63,120 nt of DNA, filler included, from Phoronis australis (GCA_002633005.1; 5 parts of 5 records of this genome joined end to end with filler, not necessarily neighbours in it), one strand, 5' to 3'; shown: positions 27,601 through 38,339, counted from the whole stretch's first letter. Notes: generated from the letters alone by a model not told the origin. Program-made: numbers and translations.

Positions 27601-30600
27601 TCGCGAGAAGAGTAGCTATCGAGAAAATTATCAGCATGCACTTCAATTGTGTAGTTGCCTTCTTCTCGGTAGGTGTGGTTGAATAACACGGGCTCTTTGT
27701 TACATTGAAGATACGATGTTGCCTTCGTCTCTTCTCCGCCATCTCCATAAAACAACCTGTATTCTACGTGACTACCGCTTTTGCATAACACGAAAAAAGA
27801 CACGGTATCATGGACTAAGTAGTGCCAGTGACGGCTGTTGAGAGAGACGTCATCAATTGGCTGCATCAATGAGACACTGGAGTTCGCCACTGAGCTTCCA
27901 AGCATGTTCGAGCATGTGACTGTGACGTTAAATGTGCCAAGAGCCGTGATTGGGTAGGTGTAGTTCAATGACATTTGCAAGTCGCGGTTAGGTTTAAAGG
28001 TTCTGGACAGACTATTGCCCTGTCCATCGTTCAATTCACATTTAACACCATAGAACGACGTCGTGTCCAACAGATGCGTGTCGTACTTTATTGTGAAAGT
28101 CACCAGTCCGGGAGGGTTGAGGTAAACTTGCAAGTTAGTGCCAAGTCTCAGTGGATAAGATGATAGCAGAGCTAGTATCGTTATTGGTGATTCTGCCATC
28201 TGTCGCTCCTCACCTTGCGTCGTGTTTAGTACCAAGACAGGCTGGCACTGACCTGCGCGCGTGAACATTACTGTTTGGTTCACTTTGAACAAATTGGTTC
28301 CAAACACTATGTATGTTTTTGACAAATCTGTCACTTCCTGCCGGACAGACTGACCGCACTCAATAAAGAATGATAAGCTGCTAAAAGGTAGGTAGTTCAT
28401 AGCTGTCAGAGAGATTTCGAATAACACGCTGCCTCCCTCAGGTATGGAAGTCACGTTGCTCGATAACGCCATTCTGTGCGTGGGGCCTGAGGACAAGAAA
28501 AGATGAGATGTAGGGTTACTGTTAACGTTTAAAATGAATGCAGAGAAATATTAAATTGTTTTATGTATTTTCTTCAAACGAAGAGCTATATGAACGTTTA
28601 TTTTTCAGTTATTACGATGAGCTCTAGAACAGTTACGTAGTGTGTTTATTACCCGATTGGTGTGTTAAGCACGTAAGACTGACTGGGATAATTACTTGAG
28701 AACTGTACTGTACTGCCAACATCTTGCACGAGTCCCAGCGAGAGGAGGCACTACACCCTGTCGGCGGAGTGACGTACAAAACAGGTGCATGCAACTACAG
28801 CGTTCAATTATATGTATTAGTACTTTGTCTAAGTGGCAACACTATTATTCAGTTAGTTAAAACATTCCCTTGTTAAGCCACAAATAGGATACCGTGACCT
28901 ATCATTTCCCAGAGCCATGTTTTAACTGTGCTTCTCAAGAGTTACTCACGCTTGTCGATATGCTTGCAAAGGAGTTGTTGAACTTAATCGAAACTGTTAT
29001 GTGTTGAGGCAATGTGCGGTGTCGAAAATATACTGGGCGTAGTAATGTTCATCGTCGTTTAATTAGATAAACAAAAATTACCATCCCTTTAACTAGATAA
29101 AAAGGCGTACATTGTGCCACAGTTGTGCGTACATTGTGCCACAGTTGTGCGTACATTGTGCCACAGTTGTGCGTACATTGTGCCACAGTTGTGCGTTTAT
29201 ATCGGTATAATCTCATTTAGTGGTGTCACCACCCCCTACCCTACACGGACTCACGGCCTTTGCAGAGAAATCGGTCACTTGTAAGCCTGTCTTTTATAAT
29301 CCAGACGTTCTGTTGGCCTGTGTTCAGGTGAGCGGTGAAGTTCTTGTCAGCGTAATTATCAACATCAAGCGAGTCTAATGGCTTGGTAAACATGTCTGTC
29401 GACCGGTCCAGCCACGCCCATCTGTTGCCTTCAGTCTTCAAACCTATCATGATGTCCCTGTTCTTGTAGCCTGCTCGTAATCTGCGACAAACGGAAAAAT
29501 CACCATTCAAGAAATGTTTAGCTCTCGTTACATGAACTCAGGCATGAATATATGTGCGTACAATCACACATTACATTAAAGTAATTTTCCGAATCAATCC
29601 TGAAAATAAATTAACAGGCTCACATAACTGGCGTTCATTCTTTTCATCCAGAACCTCCCTACTCTCTACATAACGTTCTAATACTTCGCTGCACAACCTA
29701 CATTGTAGGTATGTGAACTCACAATAACTGCATCAGTGCCGCTTGTTCCTCTGCGTTGTTGATGCTTGCTAAAGCTGGGGAGGACACGTCTGTCTGGTTC
29801 ATGCAATAGGAGTTAGCTTCTTCTCTCGTTGCGGCCTTCTTGACATCGACGATCTTGAAGCATTTTCTGGTAGTTCCCGACGTCGTGGATGTATATTCCA
29901 TTATCTGCCATCCCTCTGGGCATCCACTTCGACCTAGACGGAATGAAAATTACGTTGCGTCGATGTGTGAAATAGTTGAACGTCGCTAGTCGTATAATCG
30001 CCACAGTGTGTCCAATAAAGCACGAGAATTGAATAAGTCAATCGCGACAGCAACAATTATCATACATGTACAGATGTATGTTCCCAAGTCCAATAGTCAT
30101 TGCGTTTGTAGAATACGGCGAATTTGAGGAGATAGAAATCTTAATTGCTGACCACTCTTTTCAAGACCTACCCTGGTCAATACCTCATCACTGCACCATC
30201 ATCACGTGCTATATTAACCCGCATTACGTTGCTTTGACTGAAAGGCTGTTTTATAGCAACTTTAACATCTGCTAGTGACGTCATTATTTGAATATCAAAA
30301 ACGGAATGATTTTTTCAGTTTCCCAATAAGCACACTAAACTAAATTCCAAATTCATGTTCTAAACAACAATACATTCCAGAGTCACGTTCTAAACAACAA
30401 TACATTCAATAGGTTACAAATTAACTGTTGATTACTTCTCGCTATCCGAGAATTGAAATGAGCGGCCTCTGTTCTGTTATTTGCACACCACTCATACAGA
30501 CCGATGACTTCCAAAACGTACTTTTAACCTCGTCACCGTTTTTGTTTTGCCCAAAAGCACTCTCTGCATTGAAAAGAGAAAAAACAAGAATTCTAAAAGG

Positions 30601-30842
30601 GTTCATTACGACACTCTAACACCATAGTCGAACACGTGACTAGAGTCACGTGCACTTACTCATGTGATCGCCGTGGATGTTACAGTAAGTTGCTTGAAAC
30701 TTGAATACGCTATTACATTCGTTGTGTGCCCAAAGATTAACTTCTCCTGGATATTTTTTGCCGAAACACGGTGTCGTCTTCTGGAGCACGGTGTAAAGGC
30801 TGCAGTCGTCAATAAAACCCCCGGGAATGCAAAAGTCGAAAC
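516..30842 (-). CDS. Polycystin-1 family (PKD1-like / REJ-domain) receptor-channel gene, multi-exon; 5' end not resolved
   Basis: Phase-compatible exons give CTLD - PKD repeats - REJ (PPSGGSCTVQPTTG/VALNTSFSVECSGWTD) - GPS (CQRWDEEKQKW...VPPNTIDF) - TM1 - PLAT (VFTGSKTGAGT; LRVWHDNTG; WFLEKIIV) - SNFTRVQRLSC - polycystin domain (WVDRYTRVVFVEFTVF) - TRP-like TMs. Paralog identity not assignable by eye. Confidence 0.95.
949..1250 (-). CDS. PKD1-like exon: last two TMs and pore-like loop
   Basis: cag|...|gtaaga; FVSTFLIIFIGF...LGPIYFFLYNFIGLWVLTGMLLSIL. Confidence 0.9.
1710..1862 (-). CDS. PKD1-like exon: channel-domain TM
   Basis: ccag|GKYVSFDSLIFIDMFF...IRFVNTLRFQKHVAIMTKTV|gtacaa; phase 1-1. 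Confidence 0.9.
2025..2625. repeat. Intronic ~27-bp minisatellite
   Basis: Variants of ccaggctgcattgtgtatgatatgcgt, about 20 or more copies. Confidence 0.95.
3599..3820 (-). CDS. PKD1-like exon: channel-domain TMs
   Basis: gtag|...EYLKSNWNIANLV...|gtgcaa, a polycystin S2-S3 type motif. Confidence 0.88.
5157..5621 (-). CDS. PKD1-like exon: extracellular polycystin (TOP) domain
   Basis: YSGNGYV...LDWVDRYTRVVFVEFTVFTMNVNLF...ELPTVG; acag|...|gtaatg. Confidence 0.95.
5922..6099 (-). CDS. PKD1-like exon: TOP domain start
   Basis: NFWTWLETSMISNLY...PARLRQLRV; acag|...|gtaagc. Confidence 0.93.
6366..6577 (-). CDS. PKD1-like exon: first channel-domain TM
   Basis: EEIRRQKLRE...SLYLFLLLSIAYGMRD; gtag|...|gtaagg. 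Confidence 0.92.
7111..7264 (-). CDS. PKD1-like exon (not in ORF track)
   Basis: acag|VLAFAALFSLVFKKPPDVDDDEDEDD...PPLPEEP|gttagc; continues NPIK in phase 0. Confidence 0.88.
7569..7802. repeat. Intronic 44-bp tandem repeat
   Basis: cagtggatacaaggagaggtgaatataaggatactgtagctcaa x ~5. Confidence 0.92.
8924..9450 (-). CDS. PKD1-like exon: TMs and polybasic loop
   Basis: GPVSFT...LPFWFVYIGWLL...WLTAFLLSVFQDTFIVNPIK|gtaagc. Confidence 0.93.
9738..10045 (-). CDS. PKD1-like exon: end of PLAT and TM2
   Basis: YYFLCDKWLS...DHLMVSVASRPVPSNFTRVQRLSCLVSILFLTMISNAMWY. Confidence 0.95.
10367..10524 (-). CDS. PKD1-like exon: PLAT domain
   Basis: FKKGAVDNF...IGNLLYLRVWHDNTGG..SWFLEKIIVSD|gtaagt. Confidence 0.95.
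10827..10997 (-). CDS. PKD1-like exon: PLAT domain start
   Basis: PLIDN...VFTGSKTGAGTKSKVFFVLSGE. Confidence 0.95.
11305..11538 (-). CDS. PKD1-like exon: end of GPS and TM1
   Basis: FGAGLFVPPNTIDFSNIF...NAPVVATISAILGLYFLLIILARRADKKD. Confidence 0.95.
11958..12833 (-). CDS. PKD1-like exon: GAIN region and start of GPS
   Basis: ttcag|MASYQDNPFSY...FNVYVGFDGFPTPQSFDY...CQRWDEEKQKWVTECK|gtgagt. Confidence 0.88.
12827..13092. repeat. ~60-68-bp tandem repeat overlapping a splice acceptor
   Basis: tagccatctgaa...gacgtga(c/t)aacggg x ~4. Confidence 0.88.
13420..13656 (-). CDS. PKD1-like exon (REJ-GAIN linker)
   Basis: ttcag|AKSVQEAFDRAQ...EISTQ|gtgtgt; phase 0-0. Confidence 0.8.
14270..14364 (-). 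CDS. PKD1-like exon (helical linker)
   Basis: ccag|LRGAMGSMMMSNAVANKSALDTKSKAKEAAK|gtaaaa; phase 1-0. Confidence 0.75.
14381..15180. repeat. Intronic ~34-bp minisatellite decaying rightwards
   Basis: Variants of gtaccctgtctgagtgaggactactgctgtgtat. Confidence 0.93.
15542..15632 (-). CDS. PKD1-like exon (helical linker)
   Basis: acag|VAAAGTMGNMADDVANLNATSEEEFDDAFS|gtaagc; phase 0-1. Confidence 0.78.
15802..15975 (-). CDS. PKD1-like exon (helical linker)
   Basis: gcag|EGEDG...VRNNIVESM...MQSASAMSAVTKQKDEISAESE|gtcagt. Confidence 0.82.
16992..17129 (-). CDS. PKD1-like exon (post-REJ)
   Basis: atag|VLNPLAGLSDEKKAELLKSATDDVGSELESNPQAACQKIMGIVSSM|gtgatt; 138 nt, phase 0-0. Confidence 0.78.
18516..18796 (-). 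CDS. PKD1-like exon: REJ domain
   Basis: ctag|GVALNTSFSVECSGWTDEG...LSLPVG...VMDKYG|gtgagt. Confidence 0.93.
19303..19461 (-). CDS. PKD1-like exon: REJ domain, ends at a GC donor
   Basis: ccag|GDLLHIQPNSLVGGKQY...NVPPSGGSCTVQPTTG|gcaagt. Confidence 0.9.
20395..20564 (-). CDS. PKD1-like exon: REJ domain
   Basis: ccag|CIKNCNAKANPSLIMTLQAICTEFCAEDLQWEWKI...|gtaaat; phase 2-1. Confidence 0.9.
20690..20795. repeat. 11-bp tandem repeat
   Basis: caatagccag(g/a) x ~9. Confidence 0.88.
22057..28486 (-). CDS. Giant 6430-nt PKD1-like exon: ~18 PKD-type repeats and start of REJ domain
   Basis: Open frame of ~2143 codons; repeated FGDG..H.Y...G.Y.V.V...N.VS motifs; REJ start (LNAMDMSVDPD, FTWYCRR); tcag|...|gtaagt. 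Confidence 0.95.
29105..29196. repeat. 22-bp tandem repeat
   Basis: gcgtacattgtgccacagttgt x 4. Confidence 0.92.
29255..29481 (-). CDS. PKD1-like exon: C-type lectin-like domain, second half
   Basis: gcag|...IMIGLKTEGNRWAWLD...FLCKG|gtgagt; phase matches the upstream exon. Confidence 0.82.
29723..29933 (-). CDS. PKD1-like exon: C-type lectin-like domain, first half
   Basis: ctag|GCPEGWQ...KCFKIV...TREEANSYC...LASINNAEEQAAL|gtgagt, a classic CTLD N-terminal pattern. Confidence 0.88.
30660..30842 (-). CDS. Candidate Cys-rich upstream exon of the PKD1-like gene
   Basis: ccag|FDFCIPGGFIDDCSLY...PCFG...ECNSVF...YCNIHGDHM|gtaagt; symmetric phase 1-1, no family recognised. Confidence 0.5.
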   Translation of the reverse strand, partial: VSTFAFPGVLLTTAAFTPCSRRRHRVSAKNIQEKLIFGHTTNVIAYSSFKQLTVTSTAIT

Positions 30843-31199
30843 CTGGAATAAACAAGGAAATAGCAACAGCATTACGCGGCGCGAACATATTATTTTCACA
30901 CAGAACGATTCCTAATGTGTCGATTCATAGCACTTCAAAACCAATGCATATGCATACTGTATAATACAGCAAAGAAGCTTACTTGTCCATACCCATGAAT
31001 TCCTACGTGAATATGCCGTGCATGCTTACTGTCTGAGAATATAATTGAGATGAGCTGGGAGTCTAACGTCGTGAATCAGACGTAAAAAGTAGCACGTGCG
31101 CTCGATGTTGACAATGAACTCTGTTGGTAGTGCGCTGTATCCAGAGCGAGGACGGACGGGGCAATGTTTGGTCCAAATTTTATTTATTGCGAAACTGAC

Positions 31200-31360
31200 C
31201 AGGGCCCGGTCTCCAATCTCCGTACTCAGACTCATACTCATACTCGAGATTTCATACTCAAAATCGTGCTCACTGGAGTCGTACTCAAAAAAGCGTATCT
31301 AATGTCGTATTTCGAGTAGACTCCAAACGTACTCAAATCTGACACTCATACTCGAGTTGC
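31200..31360 (+). repeat. Dispersed repeat rich in tactc(g/a)a motifs
   Basis: cagggcccggtctccaatctccgtactcagactc is identical to the start at 60447. Confidence 0.75.
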
Positions 31361-31394
31361 TATGGAACTCTTTATGATGTGAAATGCAAAATCA

Positions 31395-31494
31395 NNNNNN
31401 NNNNNNNNNNNNNNNNNNNNNNNNNNNNNNNNNNNNNNTTAATTAATTAANNNNNNNNNNNNNNNNNNNNNNNNNNNNNNNNNNNNNNNNNNNN
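31395..31494. other. Artificial contig spacer
   Basis: 44 N + TTAATTAATTAA (stops in all six frames) + 44 N. Confidence 0.97.
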
Positions 31495-31495
31495 T

Positions 31496-34400
31496 TCCTT
31501 TTGATTTTCTGAAGTGTCTTTGGTCGGAAGGGCCATTGGTCTGATTGGCCCACTGAGCATAACATCTTGCAATAAGCCTGATTAGCAAGCACGAAAGAGT
31601 GCCAGGTAACCATATTGCCATGACCATGAATGGTGGGTGGCAGGGCTAAGATGACTAGATAAAATGACGAAAGAGGCGTGCATCCTCAAAACAAAGTCGT
31701 TATCATTTGCATTCATAATAATTCTTAATTGTGCTTAAATGTACAAAAACAGCAGTCTGCTATAGACTCTGTTGTAATGTCATCACCCAGATCACTTTCA
31801 GATTGACAGTCCTTCGAACGAAAGTTCCTTTGCACTAGAGACTATCAAAGGTCCTTCAGAATACAGGATCGACCAACCCCATCTCAGCACATTTCGTAAA
31901 GACATCACAAAACAATAAAGAAACAATAGCTGAAAAGGTATTACCATATGTTTGACTTCAGCAAGAAAGAAATTTTGAATTTACAAAGATATTGTGTGAT
32001 GAAATTTGAAAAACAAGTAATTTTAATTACATGACATACCTTTCAATCTATCAGAAAATTCTTGATTATTTTAGCAGAACCGAACACCTTGTGACGAAAA
32101 CGGCATCAATCACTTCTTCACCTGAAACAAATTATTAATGCTGCAGTAATCTATCCTGCACCTTTACATTTGCATTCATTTGTTTGGCTTACTTAAAGCT
32201 GCCTACGTCTAAATTTCCATTAACATGAGTTTGAAAGTTTTTAAGTTATTCTGCGACATTAAATGGTTCACCTAGTTTACAATAAATATGTTGGGAAGGA
32301 AACTGTTGCAAATAACGAAATGTGCAATGTTTTACAACTCTAGTTGATGTATGTCTGAAAAATGAGGCTCTATGCTGATGGAATAAGGATCAAAATGACT
32401 CTATAGTTACCTTGTGAAAGAATTAAGTCAAAGTAGCCATTAATTATGACTTCGCACTCACGAGTTAAAAAAATAAAATAGCGGAAACCTTACAGAAATG
32501 TGTAGAATCTGCGAAAATGTATGTGTATATTTCCCATAATACTTCAGTTATCTGAAACTCACTCACACCCCCTTCTTAAATCACCCATGTGAAGTTGCAT
32601 GTTTCCCTACTCTGAGAAAACAAGCACCAAATTCAATCTTCATCTGTGTCATTGTCACTTGAACTGAAAGGAGTAACAACATTCTCATCTGGAAAAAATC
32701 AAAACTGTCAATAGAAATGAAATGCTGTCTATAGTCCAAAGGGCCATATATTAATAAAGCATAAAAATATTTCCAGGTGATCAGTGCAATGGGCCCACAT
32801 GCGAGGCCTGCGCACGTCTGGTACAACGTGTATCAGACCGCCTGAAATTAAAAAAGGGCCTTTAGTCCGAAAACAATAGGTTCTATAGCCCGAAGAGCGA
32901 ATAGTCGGAATAGAAAACTTGTTAATAGTTTTTTTACATCATTCAGTAATCTACAGAGTTAACTGTCTTCAGGATTTCAGTTAATTTTACACCATTTTCT
33001 CCACCTTTCAAAATTCCGTAGAACTCTGTTAAGCAGGCAAAGCTCTCTTTCGTGAAATTGTGGTTATTCAATGAAACACAACCGACAGATAAAATTCCCC
33101 TTAATTTTACAGTGCCGTAGTGATAAAGTAAGAGGTAAGTAGGCACCCAAAGTCCTTCGTGTCGCTTTGAGCGCTGAATTTTAAAAGTGCATTGAACTCG
33201 CAAAACCTGACTCACAAACATGTAGGCATATATTTTGACTCATGAGTAGGTATTTACATAGAGTCTGCAGTGGCGGATCTTGGATGTCGGAGAAAAAGGG
33301 TCAAACAGCACATTTTCGAAGGCAAAGGTCCACATGCATTCCAAGTGATCTTTGAGGGGGGCCCAAGCACAATTATAAAGGAAAATAGGAGCGTTACGCC
33401 AAGAAACGATATGCTGGCAGCGACTTTCAGTCTCCCGTGGGGTGTGTCCTCAGGGCCCTTCGCCACTTCTCCCCCCTTTATTCACCTATATACGTGACAC
33501 CATTACTATTTCTTTATCCTGAAATATAATAAAAATTCCATTAGTCGTCGAGCATACATGTGTGCCTGGTGGTTGCGCGCGCCGAAATGTTCATCAATGA
33601 TGCTGCCATCGGCGTAGCGCATTAATGGCGTAAGTTATCATATTGAGACTACGCCCCACTATACCGTCATTTACGGGTCGTAGACGCTACATGTACGTTA
33701 AATTAAAAAGGTGGTTGCTACGATAAAACGTAAAAAGGTGGTTGGCTGCAACTACGCCAAACGTATACCATAACTCCCGGTGGTAGGCGCTATGTTAAAC
33801 AGCAAAAAGATAGTTGGCTGCGCCTACATGTACCTATGCCCCACTACAGCACTGTCAGACTATTGACCAATCGACCCACAGACCCTTTGGACCACTCCAT
33901 CCCTTGTTGAGTCATTTAAGCAGAAATCAAAGTTACTAAGAAAATTCAAAGATATTTTTAAGTATTTTTCCACAACGTCTGGTCTGGTGTATGTGCCCTC
34001 CTTTTAATAACAACCGAAAATATGTTTAGTGAATACAGATTCTAGGCACTTGGTTAGTTAAGATTTGAGAACCAGTATATTCTGGCAACTTAGACAAAAT
34101 GACTTCAGAAAATTATTTTACCCTGGATTTTCCCATTTCAAGTTTGAGATTTGGTTTTCAGTCACTGATTTCCAAGAGCTCATTTAAGAATTAAAAAAGA
34201 TCTAAGGTTGATACTAGATCACTCACATTGAATCAATGTCAAAACATGTACGAATCACTGTTTCTTGCTACATTAAGTAAAAACTCACATTTAAAGAACA
34301 GACAAACAACACAGCATATCAATACCTTTGCTCACTAATTTTCCAGGCTTGTTTGAAGTGTAACACATTTTTTAAGGAAAAGTGTTTGGTTGACAATTAG

Positions 34401-35457
34401 GACTGAACCGGACCAAACTGCGAAAGTTTTATGAAAGCTTTTACTCAATTGCCTCACGATATGTTTTAGTGTAAATGCTAGTATGTACGTTTGCTTTTCC
34501 AGTATTTACTTCTTGTTAGAATTTGTAATATGTACAGTTATTGCTTATTTATTTGATCGAGGGGTTCCATCTTAGAGGGACTTTTGTAGTGTTCCAGTCC
34601 ACAAAATGTACGTTTTTCTTGGGAAAATCGGTACTGAAAGAACATCCACTTGTAAGGAATTCTCTCAGAAAAAGCACCATTTCGCAGTGAATCTGGAAAA
34701 TCTTACGAAGTGCAATTTTTCTCATAGATATAAAGCATAGAAATCTATTACTCTCGGGAGTTTTTAAAGTAAAAGGAATTATTCAGCTCATAATACTATG
34801 GGGGTGGTTAGATTTTGAAATATTTTTAGGAGGGACAGATGCGAGTATTAGGCCGTATATTCTGCATTAGAAATAGTTCCTAGGACTCTATTAAAAGCAT
34901 GTTAGCCATCCCCATAATCACCACTCTGTGAATTTGCTATTACTTTAATAATCAAAATATTAAGAAATTTGAAAGACTTACCATAGACTTAGATCTCGGT
35001 TGTACCATAGACTTAGATCTCGGATGTACCATCTTCAACACAAACATTCTTGTTTCAGATAAAACGAAGTAAAACTTGTCTCAACTCAAACTGTAAAACG
35101 GATGTTCAACCCCAACTCTATTAAAATCAAAACCTCAGACGCTTGTTTTAGTGGAAGGTCAAGTAACTTAATGGTCATTACATAACAGTATGCCAATGTA
35201 GGTCGCATATGGCACTCTGTAGCAGGGCACTCATAATAACAGTGACATCTTTTGGGAGAGACTGTACAGAGTTATATATAGGATGTTGTGATGAAACCAA
35301 GTTGTTGAGAGGATACACGTGTAGGCACTGTACATATCAAATAACAGTTTCTGATAGGTCTGAAATTGTGGGGCATTATATATACCCCACAATTTTTTGC
35401 AACCCCACAGTAAAGGTCTCATATATAAAAATGCCCCGGATCTGTATAGTTCTCTTA

Positions 35458-35488
<31 letters not shown>
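31496..35488. repeat. Duplicated block, copy A (pairs with 38340-41415)
   Basis: Colinear similarity, e.g. tccttttgattttctgaagtgtcttt at both starts; both end in ctcttag(TA)n. Confidence 0.9.
33110..33854. mobile_element. Non-autonomous DNA transposon with 13-bp TIRs
   Basis: CAGTGCCGTAGTG ... CACTACAGCACTG (12/13 inverted match); absent from copy B at the equivalent site; internal ctacgcc-like motifs. Confidence 0.75.
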
Positions 35489-35491
<3 letters not shown>

Positions 35492-35559
35492 GTTTGTATG
35501 CAGATACGGGGTTATTATTTGAAACCTTGAAGTGGGGTAAAATTTTGAGACCTCGTTCC

Positions 35560-35815
35560 GGGGTATATATATAATATATAGCCCGCAACTATATATGCCC
35601 CATTGGATATGTGCCCCGGAACAATATATATCCCGCAATTATATATACCTCGCTAGGTATATGCCCCAGTACAATATATAGCCCGCAAGTATATATGACC
35701 CATTGGGTGTATACAATATATACCCCGCAACTTTATATGTCCCATTAGATATATGCCCCAGTATTTTTATAACCCGGTTTTCCACCTAATATACAAGCCC
35801 CGCAACTATCTATAT
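35560..35815. repeat. Degenerate short tandem repeat following a (TA)n run
   Basis: Recurrent atatatgcccc / atatagcccgcaa units. Confidence 0.75.
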
Positions 35816-38100
35816 GTCACATCCGGTTGTTTTTATGTGCTAAAAATACACTCCTCCAAAGACCACTGGAATAACGTGTATGGGTCCACAACAGATTTTA
35901 CCACTTTCAAACTTAAAAATGAATGATCCTTTTATCTGTTTATAATTCTGAAACCACATCATTTTTGGCCAAAGTACGATTAGATAACGGACAATTGCCG
36001 CACAAATAAAGAAGTTCATGGTAACTCAACGTTTCGTCTTATTCAACAAGACATCATCAGGATATGTACAGAGGGACAACAAGTGTCGATTACCATTCAA
36101 GTCATATCCACGAAGTGAAATGAGAATGAGAGATACAGGGAAAGTAATGTGCGGCAATTATCCGTTTTCTAATTCTGAAACGTGAGCAGATGACACCAAC
36201 TCTGTCAGGCTCTACGGTGTATGTTGATGCCTTTGATAAAAATACTCTTCTACAAACACGTAAACCATCGTGAATAACATTATTGCTTAATTCGCCAATA
36301 AAAACTCTCACAGATGAAAACTTTTAAAATCATTTATTGATCTGGCACACAGCGAACTATAAATATCCAAATTATCTTTAAAATCAAATGGGCACCAAAA
36401 ATAGAGTATACATTTACATCCATAGAAACAATGCCTGTGATACACATTTACTAAAAGTTTCATCCTGCGCAACATACGGATCTTACCAGGCTTCCAGTCA
36501 CCACAATTTCAGACTCCGACCATCTTAGAGACAATTGTGACTACAAATTTAATTAAAGAAAATGTGATAGTTTTAGATTAAATCGTGTTTGCTTTCTTCT
36601 TACAAAATGATGATACATAGTAATTAGCATTCTCAATAACTGAAAGCAGATGTTTAAACTGCAAAAACGGCAGTGCCATTTGTCTGTATTGTCTAATTAA
36701 CAAAACTCTGAAAGGCTGTTGTTGAAGTGATGATGGTGACAATGAAGACTCGGGAACTGAGGTGGCACTATGTAGCTTAAGACACAAAAAACATAATTAT
36801 GATACTCATTGCTGCTCTCATTATCAAAGGCAGATCCTCTTAACTTTGCTACACCTTTATTAAATGTCCTGTGATCATCACTTTTAGCGTCATTAACACA
36901 TCCCGATTACTCTTTTGCCACCTCCATGGAGACTGTCGTATTGTCATCATCACTTTCAGCATCACTGCATGGTTAAGTCAAATTTTCCTTTAACCTAGAA
37001 GTTTCCAGACTTCATACTAGTGACATTTATTCAGTGTATCACCTGAAAATAAAATTGAAATTTTAAGCAATACATTTTGCTTTGATAAAAGTTCGAAGAT
37101 TGGGCAGGATGTTGTTTTTCATAATACATGCATTGTGAAAGCAGTCATTAAATAATTTTTGTTAATTTTAGGGATTTACAGGAATTTTTTGTATATTTTA
37201 CTATACTTACGCCGAAAAGGTATCTACTTAGTTTCAAGATTTTTTTACACTTTTTACAATTTTCTTAGTGTAGAACTTTAATCTTTTGACAGGTGTCCTT
37301 GCCCACATTGCAAAAGCTGTCATTCCTGTGAATCTTAGTAATGAAATCTTTAGTTATACTTTACGCGTACCTTCCGTTAATATGGTGAAATACCTGACAC
37401 CATGGCGTATGTATTTAGCTATGAGGTTTGTACATTAGAGCGACCGATTTTTGTTGTCGGACTAAGGATTGGAGCTAACACTGGAGCTTCGGACCATAGA
37501 CATGGATCCTACATTCTTACTAAAATATACTATCTTACACAAACGATAATATAACATTAACAATTATAATAACAATAATACTTTTGTGATTTCTTTGTAG
37601 TTCAAATCTGTTACGTGTGTCCCCTTTTAGCATTCCTGCAGGTCTATAGTCCAACCGGAAGTTAGTCGGAAAGACGTTTAAGGAGCAGTGGCCTTTTGGG
37701 CTTCTGAATTAAGTTGTGTTTTTCTTATTACTACTTTCATTTCCATTGGTTTGTGATCTCAAAACCAAAGGACCTTTATTCTAAAGAGTGTTAACCCGAA
37801 AAATGTGTGCTTTGTTTGTTTGTGAAAAATTGACTTCACAAAAAGGACACTAAACCGTGTTTTGATGAATTCAACCAATTCTGGTCCTGTCATTTGATAA
37901 TTCATCATTGGCATCAATCTTGAAAGAGCTGGAATTAACTAAAAACTCATGCCCCTATCTCGCATTTTGGTCCTTGGTGGGTTGTCTTTTCCCACAGTTG
38001 CCGTGTAATTCTCCAAGGCGTAGGTCGTGCTTAGCCTATTATCAGACTTCCAAAATAGTTTCAAATTTTTCTGAACTTTTAAGAGTAGTCGAGAGTTACA

Positions 38101-38257
38101 CATGGGCAGCGCAGAACTGAAAAAATGGGGGTATAGCCCCCGCCCCCTGTTGTGCACCGCCCCCCTGTTGTGCACCGCCCATAGACCATGGGCGTCGGAG
38201 CACTGAACAAAGTGAAGCTATAGCCCCCCCCCAGTCCCCTATGGTGCGCCGCCCATG
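38101..38257. mobile_element. MITE-like element with CATGGGC(A/G)GCGCA termini
   Basis: catgggcagcgca...tgcgccgcccatg, flanked on both sides by TTACA (possible TSD). Confidence 0.65.
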
Positions 38258-38339
38258 TTACAGACTATTATTTTGTTCCAGAAAACTGGAGAGTAAAGTC
38301 GTTTTTGTATGTTTTGATAAGTCAAAACCGGGTTTGGCA

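Noticed and set aside
22189-28163. Plus-strand ORFs antisense to the giant exon
   Set aside because: Short shadow ORFs expected opposite a long CDS.
28695-29035. Two small candidate exons between the CTLD and the giant exon
   Set aside because: Splice signals are present but the phases could not be reconciled, and the CTLD exon (phase 1) can join the giant exon directly.
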